A stretch of DNA of 64,000 nucleotides, from contig NW_025964361.1 of NCBI RefSeq assembly GCF_023055435.1, positions 23,250,001 through 23,314,000 of the forward strand, written 5' to 3'. The DNA is from Haliotis rufescens. Taxonomy: Eukaryota. The notes beneath the pieces are model-generated. The model made no database searches, had not been told where the DNA came from, and saw only the letters and a list, made by a program, of their open reading frames with translations. The position numbers and the translations under genes are program-made. Below are positions 28,201 through 42,770 of this stretch, one piece after another. Each line of letters starts with the position of its first letter. Position 1 is the stretch's first letter.

Positions 28201-28739
28201 AAAATATCCTCAATGATTGTGATCCTAATTGAAAGGAGGTTATTTTTGGCCAGAGTGTGTAAGATATTGACTCGTCCACTCGTGTAGTAAATATGGTATC
28301 TGACGAGTGTAGTATTATCTTTATATCCAGGTAAGCTACATCGCCATGCTGCTGTATTTCCGTGTGCGTGCATGATGCCCATATAAACGTTCACAGATAT
28401 AAAGATGAAAGAAACATGTGACAAATATGCAGTACATAAACAGAACTAGAAACACGTTTTTCATTAATGTATTTCTTTCATGCACACAATCAGTATTAAC
28501 GTTCATGTTTAGACACACTGCTAGCAGACAGCAGGTATTTTCATTTGTAAAATTGAATTACCTCATCAAATCAATAGCATCTTTTGTGTGCCAGTGAGGT
28601 GTGACGTAATTAGGTCAGCACCAATGCTGCATTCTGTAGGTCAGTGAGTCAAACAACGATTCCCTGTTCTTTCTTTGTTTGGTCTGGATTGCCCTCACTT
28701 AAAACCATCTGATTCAGAAATAGAGGTTTGAGAGTCCTG

Positions 28740-29070
28740 TGAATATCAACTGCGGATGCATCATCCCTTCCCCGGTAATCAGTACTGAAACTTCCATCTC
28801 AGTTTCCCAAACACACAAGAAAATATTTATCAGTAAAAAAATAATTACTCTTGATGAGGACAATATGCGAAAGCAAGGACCCGAGGATCCGACCCCTAAG
28901 GTTGTCTCACCGGATAGAGGCCGCATGCAGGCCGAGGTCCGATCAGAGTGGTCGGACCCGAGTAATCTTTTGTTAAAACTTTTGTTATACCGAAATTCTC
29001 ATTAAAGTTTAACCGTGGCATGTTAGTACCAGACGCCATCTTGTTTTTTCAGCAGACGAGTCAATATTCA
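28740..29070. mobile_element. Possible MITE
   Basis: Imperfect terminal inverted repeats tgaatatcaact and agtcaatattca; internal GC-rich inverted motifs. Confidence 0.35.
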
Positions 29071-32000
29071 TCACGTGTCCGGTAAATACTGATCATGTAA
29101 CGAGTCAATATATGAGGTCAGTGTCAGATTTGGGGGTCTACATTTAAATGTATTGTACGGATTAACCAATGGGATTTCAAGATTTGTAATAGATGTATAA
29201 CAATTGATTTTAGATGCATTCTGTTTGTATGTCATTTGGGCATGAGATATTACGTCATTCATTGTATTATGACGTCATATATGTCCAGAGTGACGTCATG
29301 TTTATTACCCACGTGGTGAAGATACGCGTGGTGAGATACTAAATCCGTACGCCAAACGTGTGTCGTACAAGGTTGACCTCGTTTTACGCGTTTTGGTTGG
29401 ATAACCGTGACCTCTGTTACACCGGAACTACCTCTTTGATACATAAAAAATCACTTTCACTTTCACAAAACGTTAACGTTACGAAACAGAACTAAAGGAA
29501 TCTCATGACGAGACATTTACAAACACTCCATTAAACCAAACAAGATAGTCACACGCATCAAATTCCCTTTGCAGTCTATATAAGTTATGAATAGAGCTAC
29601 TACAAACATTATATAAACGAGTTGTATCAATTTGCAATGTACGAATATCGATAGATCGCGTGTTTAACGTAAAAGGTTACGCGTTGTAAAAATAAGTCAG
29701 TTTCAACTGTCTCGACAGATATCTAGTCTTACGTTGGATGCTCCGGTTGTGCCATCAGTGTCCTCTTCGAAGCGTACTTTGTTACATTGCTTTCGAATTA
29801 AGTGTTTGTTCATGAATGAACATACACGACCACACGACCAGATCACTCAAAGTGAACAGTTCCGATACAAATCATTTGAAAACTCTAAATGTGAACAATA
29901 ACATTTTCCTATTGATCTCTAACGTAAAACGCTGTGAACAGATCACAGTTGTCTTTTCTTATTCCGATGGTGACCTTGTCCTACGTTCGAAACTGTCACT
30001 AACATGCAAGTAGACTAAGTTTTGTTGATTTTCACGTCTTCAGTATTGAGTTTTACAGTTAACATAAACGTCTCTGGTGAGCACTCTGGTTACCCTCTTC
30101 CAAAGCGGTACTTACAGGATATAAATTAAGCTGATAGATCAAAGAAACCGCCCCAATTTAAATGAGCAGACGGGATCCCAGTGGTGCGAGTGACAGACTG
30201 TTGGTCCGAGATCCAAAGCGCCGCGCTGTTTGACGTTTTAAGTTTTCTTACAGTTGCCCTGCGAGCTAACAACAATGCGCCTGAATTACCAAAAGTTCTA
30301 AAGAAATTCTAAGATAAAGATTTTGAGCACTGGTGCTGCCAGGTTTGCACACAACAGAAGGAACATGTTCTTAATGCGTATGCATAGAAATGTCAACAAT
30401 GCCCATGTTTGAGCATATATTAATTTCAAGCGCACCTAGATTTGCAACCGCACCGGTTTCAATTTGGCCTGTTGACAAACAATAAATTGTTATGTATTTA
30501 CACTTAATTACATATTTAACGTGGGTAATAAATAAAATACCACACCACAAACTCGTGAACTTTCTATGGTTCAGAGAAAGTCAATTCGTTTCGTAAAAAT
30601 GGTATCTAACGAGAATGAATGTTCTCTATATATCTGTTTGGGTGTACGTACAGATACAGTGCTACTGAAAATGCCCAAAACTTTCATGAGATTTTTTTTA
30701 AAGGGACACCGTCTGTTTCAAACGAAAATCCCAAATAACAAGACCGATCTGAAACATTTATTGCTTATCTCCTAATTAACAACCGCCATAAACGACAATT
30801 GCTTGAATTTGATGAACGCACATTTACAGATAGTGATGGGTCGAGATCGCATGTTCGGATGGCGTGCTTCATGTTTTTCTTGGAAGGCGGTTGTGAAAGA
30901 TGCTTAATCGAAAATGCCACACATTCGAAGTAACACCAGGGAGAAGCCTATTTTCGACAATTGATTCTAAATTGTGTAACCTTTTGGTGAAAGGAAGGAC
31001 TTGTGCCGTCCGATTTTCCTAAATATTACACTCTTCATTAGATAGTGATTACTGTCTTAACCTTTAAACACCACCTGGGAACTATATAATCAGTGACGAT
31101 CAATGCAGCGGAAGGATATCCTTTCTTTTGTGGTGCTGGTAAATGCTGTAATGAGGCTTAATTCCCTTGTCAAAGATACATGCCTTAAATCGGACATAGT
31201 AAAGAAAGATCTTCCGCCAGCGAGCTTAAGTGTGGCCGGTTTCTTGGTCAACCCAATTGCAAATCAACGTGTATTTGCGTTCACTAACAACATTACATCT
31301 CAACATCTACGTTTTCAGTCCAACGGGAGACGTGTCTGAAACACCAAGCACACAGATTGAAATGTGACAGTAACTTCACAGATGTAAACTTACAGTGAAA
31401 CCACATTAGTTCGGAACCCAGACTGTGTGGGGACATAACACTAAACAGTGATGCGTTAATCAAGATGTTTTTATTATCCGGACGATTTCACTGGAGCCCG
31501 TTAGAAAAAGATGATTGCAGTTTCTCTTGTACTTGCTTGTGAAAGTTTCATCTTTTCCTTCACAGGATGTACATACATGCCCATCAAGAGCCGCAGCTAA
31601 ATGACACCGTATGTTAAGCGCACATACATTGACCTTAAGGAATTTTTTGTTATCAGCTATTATATTAATATGAAGGGAAACTACAAACAAACGTCGACCG
31701 ACTGGTTGGCTCTTCTATAACACTTACACGAACTATCAACATATGACTTGTGAACTTTAATACATGTTTTGTCCCATGGGGATTCCGAATGTAGGTCCCT
31801 TGTACATCAAGACCACTCTGATGGGGATCAGGTGGTCAGGCTGTACTGTGATCTGACGGATTGTTTGTCATCGTTGCTCGTGGTCTCAATCCCTTGTTGT
31901 TTGGGACGCTAGCATTAACAGGTCGCCCTGGCATCGACTGCGTGGCTTGAAATAGCTGATTTGCCTTGATATAATCGTAGGTGTCACCAAAACGGTAAAC

Positions 32001-33589
32001 GGCTGAGAGGTGCATCACTTCAGTCTTTCCTTCCACAAAGAAGTGGGACATAAAAGAAATACAGACAATAGTTCAACCACGCCTCAAACACACTCACAAA
32101 GACACAGTGTACCATTATCATGAACATAAGACCCAACTGAGAGAGAAATGCTGTTGAAAATGTATCGTTGGAAACATCTCGGTAACACTATGTGTCACTG
32201 TCATCAGCAGGTAATGTTTTCAATTCATTTGTTATTCTGTTTCACTTAGTATAAACATATAACATCGCTCGTTTTACATGCCTCACCTGTTTTAACATTA
32301 TCGCATATGATACAAAATATACACCTTGTATAGCTTTATTAACATAAATATGCCACATGACCTGTTTCTGCTCTGTTTACAGGACTTTTGTGTCCTCAAT
32401 GTGTTAAGATGACCTTCTTTCAGTTGGGTGAACTTATTTTGCCCACTTCAGGTATAGTAAGATGGTACAGTATAACTCGTTTCCTCATACTGTTAGAGCC
32501 GTATTTCGAATGATTGTTTATCCTGATGGCTGGAGCGTAGATCAGATAACAAATGCAGTCATTTGTGTCCTGTGCAGAAGAGTTTGATAAATTTACCAAT
32601 TCTCATACTTGATTGAAGTCATGACAATAAAGTCGTAATTTGTCCCTCATAATAATTGGAACATATAACACGGTGCTTTCAACTGAAGAGGATATCCCGC
32701 TATATTGTGAGGCACAAGTAAAATTCCACCATATTGATCTCAACATCATCCAACTTACAATATGACTATCATCAAAAAGGATTGAAAAAAACAGTAGTAG
32801 CATATGGAATGGAGGTACCAAAGATCATTGATGGGATCATTCTGCTCGTTTCAGCCAGACAGCTATCAAATATGATGATATCATACGTCGGTGATGGTTG
32901 TCAAATGTAAACATTAAAAGTGCAAGATCTGAAAGTTAAAAAAGTTTGTATTCGACATATGAGAGACACACACATCAAGTACAAACTATACCATGTCTCA
33001 GTGCTCCTGTAATAAAGAACGTAATGTCGATTGACCTCAAGGAAGCAGTTGATGAGATAGTCTCGAAGACCTCAATGACATTGTTGAAGTTGAGACATAG
33101 TCAGACTTTTCACGTCATGCTGTTGCCATAGCGTGTGCGTAGCTTCGTGTGCATGTCAAGTCCATAATGTTTCATCACTACAATCACGCGTGTGTCAAGC
33201 GGGGCTATTAACCCATAATGAGTCCAGAGTTACCCATTTCCGCTTCAGTAGCGATGTCTCCGTGAGTTTCCTCATCCCAGTCCGAGGTTCTCCTTGCCAC
33301 CAACCGGTTTTAGCGTGGGTTGTCAGCAAGGCCGCCCGAAGCCAACTCTTTTTACACGCAAATCACAACTGTGTACAATGATCTATGTTTCGCGCAGTAT
33401 ATATCTCGCGGCATGTATGCATGTATATAGTAGTGGGCGTTGATGTCAAGCATTTTTACGCTCATCTCGCAATATACCTTTATCTCGAATCGGAAACGTT
33501 AATCTGGCAGTAAACACACTTCATCACGATATCCATGAGTGTGCATTTGTGTTCATCCAGCGGAACGTTAAGGTATGCATACTTTGCGG

Positions 33590-36420
33590 GGTGTACACAT
33601 TTATCTCGCAGTATACATACATTTATCTCGTAGTATAATACATTTATCTCGAAGTATACATACATTTATCTCGCAGTATACATACATTCATCTCATAGTA
33701 TACATACATCTATCTCGCAGTAGACAAACATTCATCTCGCAGTATACACACATTTATCTCGCATTATACATACATTCATCTCGCAGTAGACATACAGTTA
33801 TCTGGCAGTGGACAAACCTATATCTCGTAGTATAATACATGTATCTGGCGGTAGACCTACATTTATCTGGCAGTAGACATACATTTATCTCATAGTTGAA
33901 ATACATTTATCTCGCAGAATACATACATATATCTCGCAGTATGCATACATTTATCTCGCAGAATACACACATTTATCTCGCAGAAGACATTCATTTATCT
34001 CATACTATACATACATTCATCTCGCAGTATACATACATTCATCTCGCAGTATACATACATTTATCTCGCAGAAGACATACATTTATCTCATAGTATACGT
34101 ACATTCATCTCGCAGTATACATACATTCATCTCGCAGTATACATACATTTATCTCGCAGAAGACATACATTTATCTCATAGTATACGTACATTCATCTCG
34201 CAGTATACATACATTCATCTCTCAGTATACATACATTTATCTCGCAGAAGACATACATTTATCTCATAGTATACATACATTCATCTCGCAGTATACATAC
34301 ATTCATCTCGCAGTAGACATACATTTATCTCGTAGTATAATACATTTATCTGGCAGTAGACATACATTCATCTCGTAGTATACATACATCTATCTCGCAG
34401 TAGACAAACATTTATCTCGTAGAATACACACATTAAACTCTCAGAAGACATACATTTCTCTCATAGAAGACATAATTTATCTCACAGAATACACACATTT
34501 ATTTCACAGTAGACATTCATTTATCTTGTAGTATAATACATTTATCTCGTAGTAGACATACATTTATCTCGCATAAGACATACATTTATCTGGCAGTAGG
34601 CATACATTAATTTGACAGAAGACATAAATTTCTCTCTCAGAAGAAATTCATTTATCTCACAGAATACACACATTTATCTCGCAGAAGACATACATTTATC
34701 TCGCAGTACACATACATTTATCTCGCAGTAGACATACATTTATCTCGCAGTAGACATACATTTATCTCGTAGTATAATACATGTATCTGGCAGTAGACAT
34801 ACATTTATCTCGCAGTATACATACATTTATCTTGCAGTAGACATACTTTATCTGGCAGTATAATACATTCATCTTGCAGTATACATACATTCATCTCGCA
34901 GTATACATACATTCATGTCGTAGTATACGTACATTCATCTCGCAGTATACATACATTTATCTCGCAGAAAACATAAATTTATCTCGCAGAAGACATATAT
35001 TCATCTCGCAGTATACATACATTCATCTCGCAGTATACATACATTCATCTCGCAGTATACATACATTCATCTCGCAGTATACATACATTCATCTCGCAGT
35101 ATACATGCATTCATCTCGCAGTATACATACATTCATGTCGTAGTATACGTATACATACATTTATCTCGCAGTAGACATACATTCATCTCGCAGTATACAC
35201 GCTTTTATCTCGCAGAATACACACATTTATCTCGCAGAAGACACAATTATCTCGCAGTATTAATACATTCATCTCGCAGTATACATACATTTATCTCGCA
35301 GAAAACATATATTTATCTCGCAGTATACATACATTCATCTCGCAGTATACATACATTCATCTCGCAGTATACATACATTCATCTCGCAGTATACATACAT
35401 TCATCTCGCAGTATACATACATTCATCTCGTAGTATACATACATTCATCTCGCAGTATACACACTTTTATCTCGCAGAATACACACATTTATCTCGCAGA
35501 AGACACAATTATCTCGCAGTATAAATACATTTATCTCGCAGTATACATACATTCATCTCGCAGTATACATACATTCATCTCGCAGTATACATACATTCAT
35601 GTCGTAGTATACGTACATTCATCTCGCAGTGTACATACATTTATCTCGCAGAAAACATAAATTTATCTCGCAGAAGACATATATTTATCTCGCAGTATAC
35701 ATACATTCATCTCGCAGTAGACATACATTTATCTGGCAGTATAATACATTTATCTTGCAGTAGACATACATTTATCGGGCAGTAGACATACAGTTATCTC
35801 GCAGTAGACATACATTAATCTCTCAGAAGACATACATTTATCTGGCAGTATAATACATTTATCTTGCAGTATACATACATTTATCTGGCAGTATAATACA
35901 TTTATCTTGCAGTAGACATACATTCATCTCGCAGTATACATACATTTATCTCGCAGTAGACATACATTCATCTCGCAGTATACACACTTTTATCTCGCAG
36001 AATACACACATTTATCTCACTGAAGACACAATTATCTCACAGTATTAATACATTTATCTCGCAGTTTACATACATTCATCTCGCAGTGTACATACATTCA
36101 TCTCGCAGTATACATACATTCATGTCGTAGTATACGTACATTCATCTCGCAGTATACATACATTTATCTCGCAGAAAACATAAATTTATGTCGCAGAAGA
36201 CATATATTTATCTCGCAGTATACATACATTCATCTCGCAGTATACATACATTCATCTCGCAGTATACATACATTCATCTCGCAGTATACATACTATCATC
36301 TCGCAGTACACATACATTCATCTCGCAGTATACATACATTCATGTTCTAGTATACATACATTTCTCTCACAGAAGACATTCATTTTTCTCGTAGTATACA
36401 TACATTTATCTCGTAGTATG
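33590..36420. repeat. Minisatellite array, ~22 bp unit (atacatacattyatctcgcagt), ~2.8 kb
   Basis: Continuous repeats with degenerate edges (from ~33385 and to ~36450); the repetitive ORFs in the track derive from it. Confidence 0.97.
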
Positions 36421-37318
36421 TATGCGCCTATCTCGCATTATGCATAAGTTTATGTCATAGTATGTATCAAAATTAGAACAAGCGCCATGTGCGAAACGTG
36501 CTGTCGAAGAAATCACCCAATGGGTCCAGAACGTCATGAACATCTGGCATTGACAAGTTGTTAGAAAAGCCAGACCCGACATTCCTTTGTGCACACCACC
36601 ACCTTTGCCGTCTGTGGCCGTCTCTCTACAATCATACAGAAGTGTTCATTACGGTGTGTAAATGTCAGAAGATGTCGTCCACAGTTCCAAGCTCTTGTTG
36701 TTATTGGGCGACGTTTCTCACCGAACACCTCAGTTCGTTCCAGCTGCTAATGAAATCCGTTTTGTAATATTGCCAACATGCACAACAGTAAACGTTTGGC
36801 CCGTTTCCAACGGGTGAAAGGTGGTTTGCATAATATTGCCGTCTCATAATTGTATGACGTCTTTACATGTTCTATTAACTCAAGGACAATACTCATTGTG
36901 TTCGTCAGAAGCAGTGTTAATTGATTTGTATTTTTGTAAGCCTTAAGAAAGATAAAATTGACATTTTGGTTGTGATCATTATTCTGGTTTTTTTTTTTTA
37001 TCAGAATGATATTCAATCAACAGAAAGCTTGTGCCAAAGGAAATGGACACTAGATACATAAAGACATACCCTGAAAATGTATTTTCTGATGAGTTTTTTT
37101 AGTCACGAGCTCGTAAGTACACCAACAACATCATCCCAGTGCATCATCCCCAGGAGGCATGCACCAAGTCCATATCATAATTTCTACACCTGACGTTCAA
37201 TTAGTGCTTCTTCTTTTATCTCCGGCAGCACGCGCAGCGACACCGTACAGGAAACAGAGGTACTTTAAGTTACCATTAGCAGCAGAAGTATAAGACATAA
37301 ACATCTTCGTCACCCAAA

Positions 37319-37470
37319 GTGAGTGAGTGAGTGAGTGAGTGAGTGAGTGAGTGAGTGAGTGAACTCAGCGTTCATAAATATTAGCCATATCACGGCGGGT
37401 CCACCCGGCATTGAACCCGGCTGTTCGGCCAGTCAAGCAAACGCCTTTACTACAAGGCTACCCCACCGAC
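37319..37470 (-). mobile_element. tRNA-derived SINE (family A), degenerate, with expanded (GAGT)n tail
   Basis: (gagt)n at 37319-37362, then atatcacggcg...gaacccgg...cgcctttactacaaggctacccc. Confidence 0.7.
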
Positions 37471-37683
37471 TCCTTACAGTGAAGACATGAGTTTATGGAG
37501 GAGAGCTCTGACATGATGAACCCTACAATATCATATTTTCAAGTTTCGACATTAAAGTTTCGATTTTACGTTTTAAGCCACTAATGACTATTGGCACCCA
37601 CGCACGCACTATTCCGCATAGACCCATATAGTAACCGAACCGGTATTTTCACGTCTCAGACTCCTTCACCACATCTGAAATAC

Positions 37684-37915
37684 ATGGTTGGCCCAGTTGT
37701 CTAGGAAGCCATAATTCGATGTGTTTCTATTTAATGGGTTTGAACCCCGTTCACTCTGGTTGTATTGTTTGTCAGTTCCATACCCATGATCATAGGTTTC
37801 GCAAAAGTGGATTTCATCTCCGTCACATCCGACTTTCCTCCCACATCAAATTGACACGCCGTGATATAAATGAAATGCTATTCAGAGCGACGGTAAACCC
37901 CTGGCTTACTTACTC
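37684..37915 (+). mobile_element. Degenerate tRNA-Leu-like SINE (family C)
   Basis: tggcccagttgtctagg...gggtttgaacccc...tttcctcccacatcaaattgacacgccgtgatata matches the 48315 copy. Confidence 0.7.
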
Positions 37916-38535
37916 CTTACGATTGAGATAATACCGCAGACACTGCTGTCATAACGACAGCCTATAGGTACATCTTTAATTATGTGTGTATCCTGAGGCT
38001 TATACATTTAAATCTGTATCCTCTCTGGAAGACAATATTTGATATCTTTGTCAACAGATGGATAAAAGAGCTGTGTGCATGCTCCTCGTTTCCAAAACCC
38101 CAATACCTCCAACTACATGTACTTCCTTACACCTAAAATTCGTTAAGGCAGTCTCTGTATTCAGATAAGACGACGTACATGCAGACGGAGTTCCCACAAG
38201 CTCCGTCAGACTGACGCACGTTGCAATAATTTGTCGCTCTTGAAGAAGGAATATTCCACCTAAATAAGCATGCTGTGACCATAAAGTCAGCTTGGACCTA
38301 TCCAACAACCAATAATCAAATTACTAACAAATTGGCATCGCCAGGTCCAGACGATCCAAAGGGCAGACCGCGGCACAAATGACCCCTTATATGATAAACT
38401 GGAACCCTGAGTGTCTTGTTAACAAATATATGGCATTCCTGAGTGCTTGTACTTATAATGACGAATGGATGGACATCGTTCTGGTTTTCGTCCAAGACCC
38501 TGTACCGTCTCATAGATTTACATGCGACAAACATA

Positions 38536-39799
38536 CACTCTTCAAAAACGCACAGGTAGTATGTAATTCAGTGAACCTGACTACACACAAAATCCGGCAT
38601 ATAAATTGGATATATGTTATTGGAATGTTGGTGGCCTGTCAAAACGCAGCCATTGTCGATTTGCAATGTCTTAAACGGCATTGTTTTCACACTTGTTCAA
38701 AAATGTCATGGAGGAAAACAGTAAAGCAAAATGCACGTGCTATAAAAAAAGCAAGCATAAGCCAATAATTTGTCATTCAATTGTCAACATATTTCAGGTT
38801 CGAAAGTGCCGAGACTCAGCACTGCCGATCGGAACATCGCCATAGGAGGGGAATCGCAGTCTTCTGTTGCACGCCACTTTAATATCCACCACAGCATCAT
38901 CTGCCGCCTTTGTGACCGACACACACAGTTCAATTCCACTGCAGACCGTACGAGAACCGGCCGATCAAGAGTTACCACCCCTGCACAGGATCGCTACATT
39001 CGACTGTTCCACCTATGTCATCGCAATGCCACAGCTTCGGAGATGAGTGTGGCTTAGCAATGAATCACGATTTCTTCTTCACCGGCGAGATGGAAGACAA
39101 CGTGTTTATCGACGTCGAAATGAGCGTTTGCCCCACATTGTGTACGTGAATTCGACAAATTCGCTGGCAGTAGTGTCATGGTGTTGGGGGCCATATCCTA
39201 CACCTAGAGATCTGACTTGGCTGTGGTTCAGGGAGATTTGACAGCAAATCGTTATATGGATCAAATTCTTCAACCTCACCTTCTTCGAATCATTGAGCAC
39301 CAGAGGGAGCTGTTTCAACGTTCCACCGCACACAGCTCGTTTCACGGTAGACAACCTTCATATTGCCAACATCAACGACTCGCCCTAGCCGTCGAGATCT
39401 CCAGCTCTCAACCCAATCGAACTCCTCTGGGATGAACTCGATCGACGTGTACGTTAACGTCAGAACACGCCGCAGACACTCTGGCCAACGCGTTACAAGC
39501 AGAATGGCGCAGAATTCCGCAGGAAGAATTCGTACTCTTATCCAGACAGTGCCGAGGAGATGCAGAGCCGTGATTGCTGCCCGGGGCGGTCACACGAGTT
39601 ACTGAGTTCAGCGCAACCTTGTGGCCTTATGTGAAATGACAATGAACAGATTTCAATGCTTTTATACAACCACAACATTTTACTATCGAGCTCCAAAATT
39701 TCATATGTGTATCGATGATATTAAATGAAATATATTGACTTTATTACGTACAATAAATTTACTAAAAATCTACCTGTGCGTTTCTTTTTTTGAAGAGTG
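38536..39799 (+). mobile_element. Tc1/mariner DNA transposon with both TIRs, non-functional
   Basis: TA-cactcttcaaaaa..cgcacaggtag ... ctacctgtgcgtttctttttttgaagagtg-TA. Confidence 0.92.
38807..39605 (+). pseudogene. Tc1 transposase pseudogene (frameshifts and deletions)
   Basis: PRLSTADR..VARHFNIHHSII, GRSRVTTPAQDRYIR, WLSNESRF, LTANRYMDQIL, NPIELLWDELDRR, RRCRAVIAARGGHTSY. Confidence 0.92.
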
Positions 39800-42540
39800 T
39801 ATATGCCATCGTTTCAGTGGGGATTTTTGTTGTCAGAAAAAACGCCGTTTGCGTTTTCGTAATTACAACTGTAATGACTCAATGAAGTTGTGCACATATC
39901 GCATTAGCGTGTGGATTTTTGTCTTTCGGACCTCACAATAACAAAACGGTACAGGATGTGTCTGGAACTCTTTGTGGAGTAATTTGTCTTTGAAGATGAA
40001 CAAACGCGTGTCTCCCTGTGTGCCGGTGCAAGCCGAGAGGCAGGGAGTGCATATGTGGAATTCCTTGGGAACATTGTCATACATTGTCCCACGACATTAT
40101 GCATTGTGCATTATGCATTATGAAGTGACGTCATTGTATATTGCAACGTCTAACATAAATATAAGGGTTATGGGGTATAGAATAGATAAATCATTCTGTG
40201 GTGACAGGTTAACCCGCACTGTATTTCGTTACAAATAATCGTTATTCGCAACCGTTGGGAAATACATAGCTTGGCCGAACCACCGGCCTTCTAACTGCGT
40301 TCTAACACGCTCACCAAGGCCACCGGCTTGATGGCGTTTTAATGCCCACCGGGGTCTAAAAAACTCAATTTTTCTTACTCCTGACATTGCAGCATAACCT
40401 ACAAAAGAACACACGATAGCAGAGCAGATTTTTTATTTGACAAATGTGTTTAAGGTTTTTTTAATTTTTAAATCCGACTGTTTAGAAAGCGAATGGATTT
40501 CTCCTAAATCCAATGAATGTATAAAAACCTAAAATCGTCAAAGAAAAAAGTATTCAGTTCCAAACTTCTAAAACATCAGGATCAAAAAGAGGGAAATGAC
40601 AGTTACCTTTGCCTCACAGTACGTTAAACACCTTGAGATTCAAGGGATAATTCGGTTAACTTTTTTACGCTCTTTTTAAGTCATATAAATCTCAAAATAA
40701 AAACTTAATAAAAACAAATTCATGAACAATCATTGTTCCCGGAATATAATGAAATGTCATATCATGACAGAAGGAGAAATGTAGTCTGTCTCCTAGACTC
40801 TAGGGAATATAATAAATTAAGGAAGAAACTCAAACCTAGAATGAGTTGGCAAGTCCAGATTGCCTCAGATGAAATTAAACATGTTTCTAGGTTCCATGTG
40901 GATTTATTTTATATTTTTGTAGATGTATAAGACTCATGTATACTTTTAAATAAGACTCATGTATACTTTTAAATAAGACTCTAGCTCTGAGACTAAATGC
41001 TAGCCTGGTGACTAAATGCTGGTCTAGAGGAAATGTAGTGTAGTCATTCCGTACGACTTGATGCAGTTACCCGTGCATAGTGTAACCATATTAACGTGTA
41101 TAAACAAAAGAAATGTTGAACGAAGTAATCAAGATAAACAACATAAAGTGCCGGACAAAACACAGCATACACCCATGTTAGATGATGTCTAAATATGAAA
41201 CAAACAAGAAATGTTTATTCAAATCTCGTGTATATGATAAGGGTATCACAGTTGTGGTTTAGACTTTAAGTTTACAGTGTTGTAATGTTTTACCAGTAAT
41301 TTTTGGGTCAAATCCATCAAGTGTATACTTTCTTTTGCCAGGCAGTTTATTTGTTAACTACTTTTATCCGTTGTTCTTTTTTACTGATATAAATTCCATA
41401 ACAATATTTTTCTTACAAGTTCACTTATTTTTGAAACAGTATTCGTACATTCAGACATGTCGAACCTCCAGTGGCCGGGTGGCATGTATCAAGGCAAGAT
41501 TTCTTCAAATGCAAAAGAAATAATATTTTGGTGGTTTCGCGTTTTATATATTTACTACATTATATTAGTTTTACATTCAATTGAAGAAACATATCATGAA
41601 TAAAAAAGGCAACCATTCGTATGATCAGTGTCCTCCCCCCTAACGCCAGCCTCGATCTATTCTCCATGGTAACTCTTTTGACTGTCCCGTTATGCGCATA
41701 TATCTTTTGGGGTAATATTCAGTTATTTCATTTATTTCATGCAATTGTTTTATCTGTTGTTGCAGTGAAACAACATCAACTTGCTTTTCATTAAAAAAAC
41801 GCTTAAAGTGAGTTTGGTTATTTCTGTTAATATCAGGACTACCGTGGTACATACATGACTGGTTCACCTTCAAAAGTCCATCAGCGCCCCATATACATGA
41901 CGTCATTAATGCAATGAATACAGTGACATCACGAGATGTCCGAGTAACTCTCCATCAAAATAATCGAGGCCCCGCAGGAGGTTACGGATACTCCCTTTCT
42001 TGGAACAAATCCCTACTTTGACACTTTGACACAACATTCTCTTGTGGAAATAGTTGAAACCTAAAGAAAACATCTTTGTAGCCTGTATTTATACTGTGTG
42101 ACTCGCAATGTGTCATGCACGGGGACATGTTCTTTGTCGCACGTGCACCCAGCTCCTTTGTGAGCGCCTCTTTACAATGTATGGCACATATTTTCATGGG
42201 ATTCTAGATGGTTACCCTATTAAGCACTAACACGTTTTAAACATGCTAACGGGAAGGTGTACATTCAAAAATAGGGGAGTATATGTGTATCTGGGTGCTG
42301 TTGTACAAAACAAGCTCAGCTCTCCAACTGCAAAACCCTTTCCATGCTCATAAGAAATCTCTGTTGTCCGTTTCCGACTACATGTACATCATGAACATGT
42401 GTTTATGAATCACTAAGAAATGGTGATGGTACCTGGTGTTCACGAAATGATGTGCGTATCCTGACCCACAAACCTGTCACAAACGCATGCAAAGGCAAGT
42501 CAAAGTACTGAAAAAATACGTTTCAATAGCAGGGTTACGG

Positions 42541-42770
42541 GATCGTACTATCCTGTACACCCCTCGACCTCAGACAGTACTATCCCGTACACCCCTCGAC
42601 CTCAGACCGCACCATCCCTTACATCTCATGAAACCCCTTGACCATAGACCGTACCATCCTGCACACCCCTCGACCTCAGACTGTACCAACCTGGACACCC
42701 CGCGATTCTCAGACTGTACCATCCTGCACACCCCTCGAACTCAGACCGTACCATCCTGATACCCTTCAAC
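42541..42770. repeat. Minisatellite, ~31 bp unit, ~7 copies
   Basis: cacccctcgacctcagactgtaccatcctgca-like units. Confidence 0.85.

Noticed and set aside
33575-36394. Repetitive His/Ile/Tyr-rich ORFs as a real protein
   Set aside because: They are translations of a 22-bp unit (not a multiple of 3) with frequent stops.
38360-38530. piggyBac transposase remnant (DPLYDKL..NDEWM)
   Set aside because: The similarity is too weak and I found no TTAA-bounded ends.
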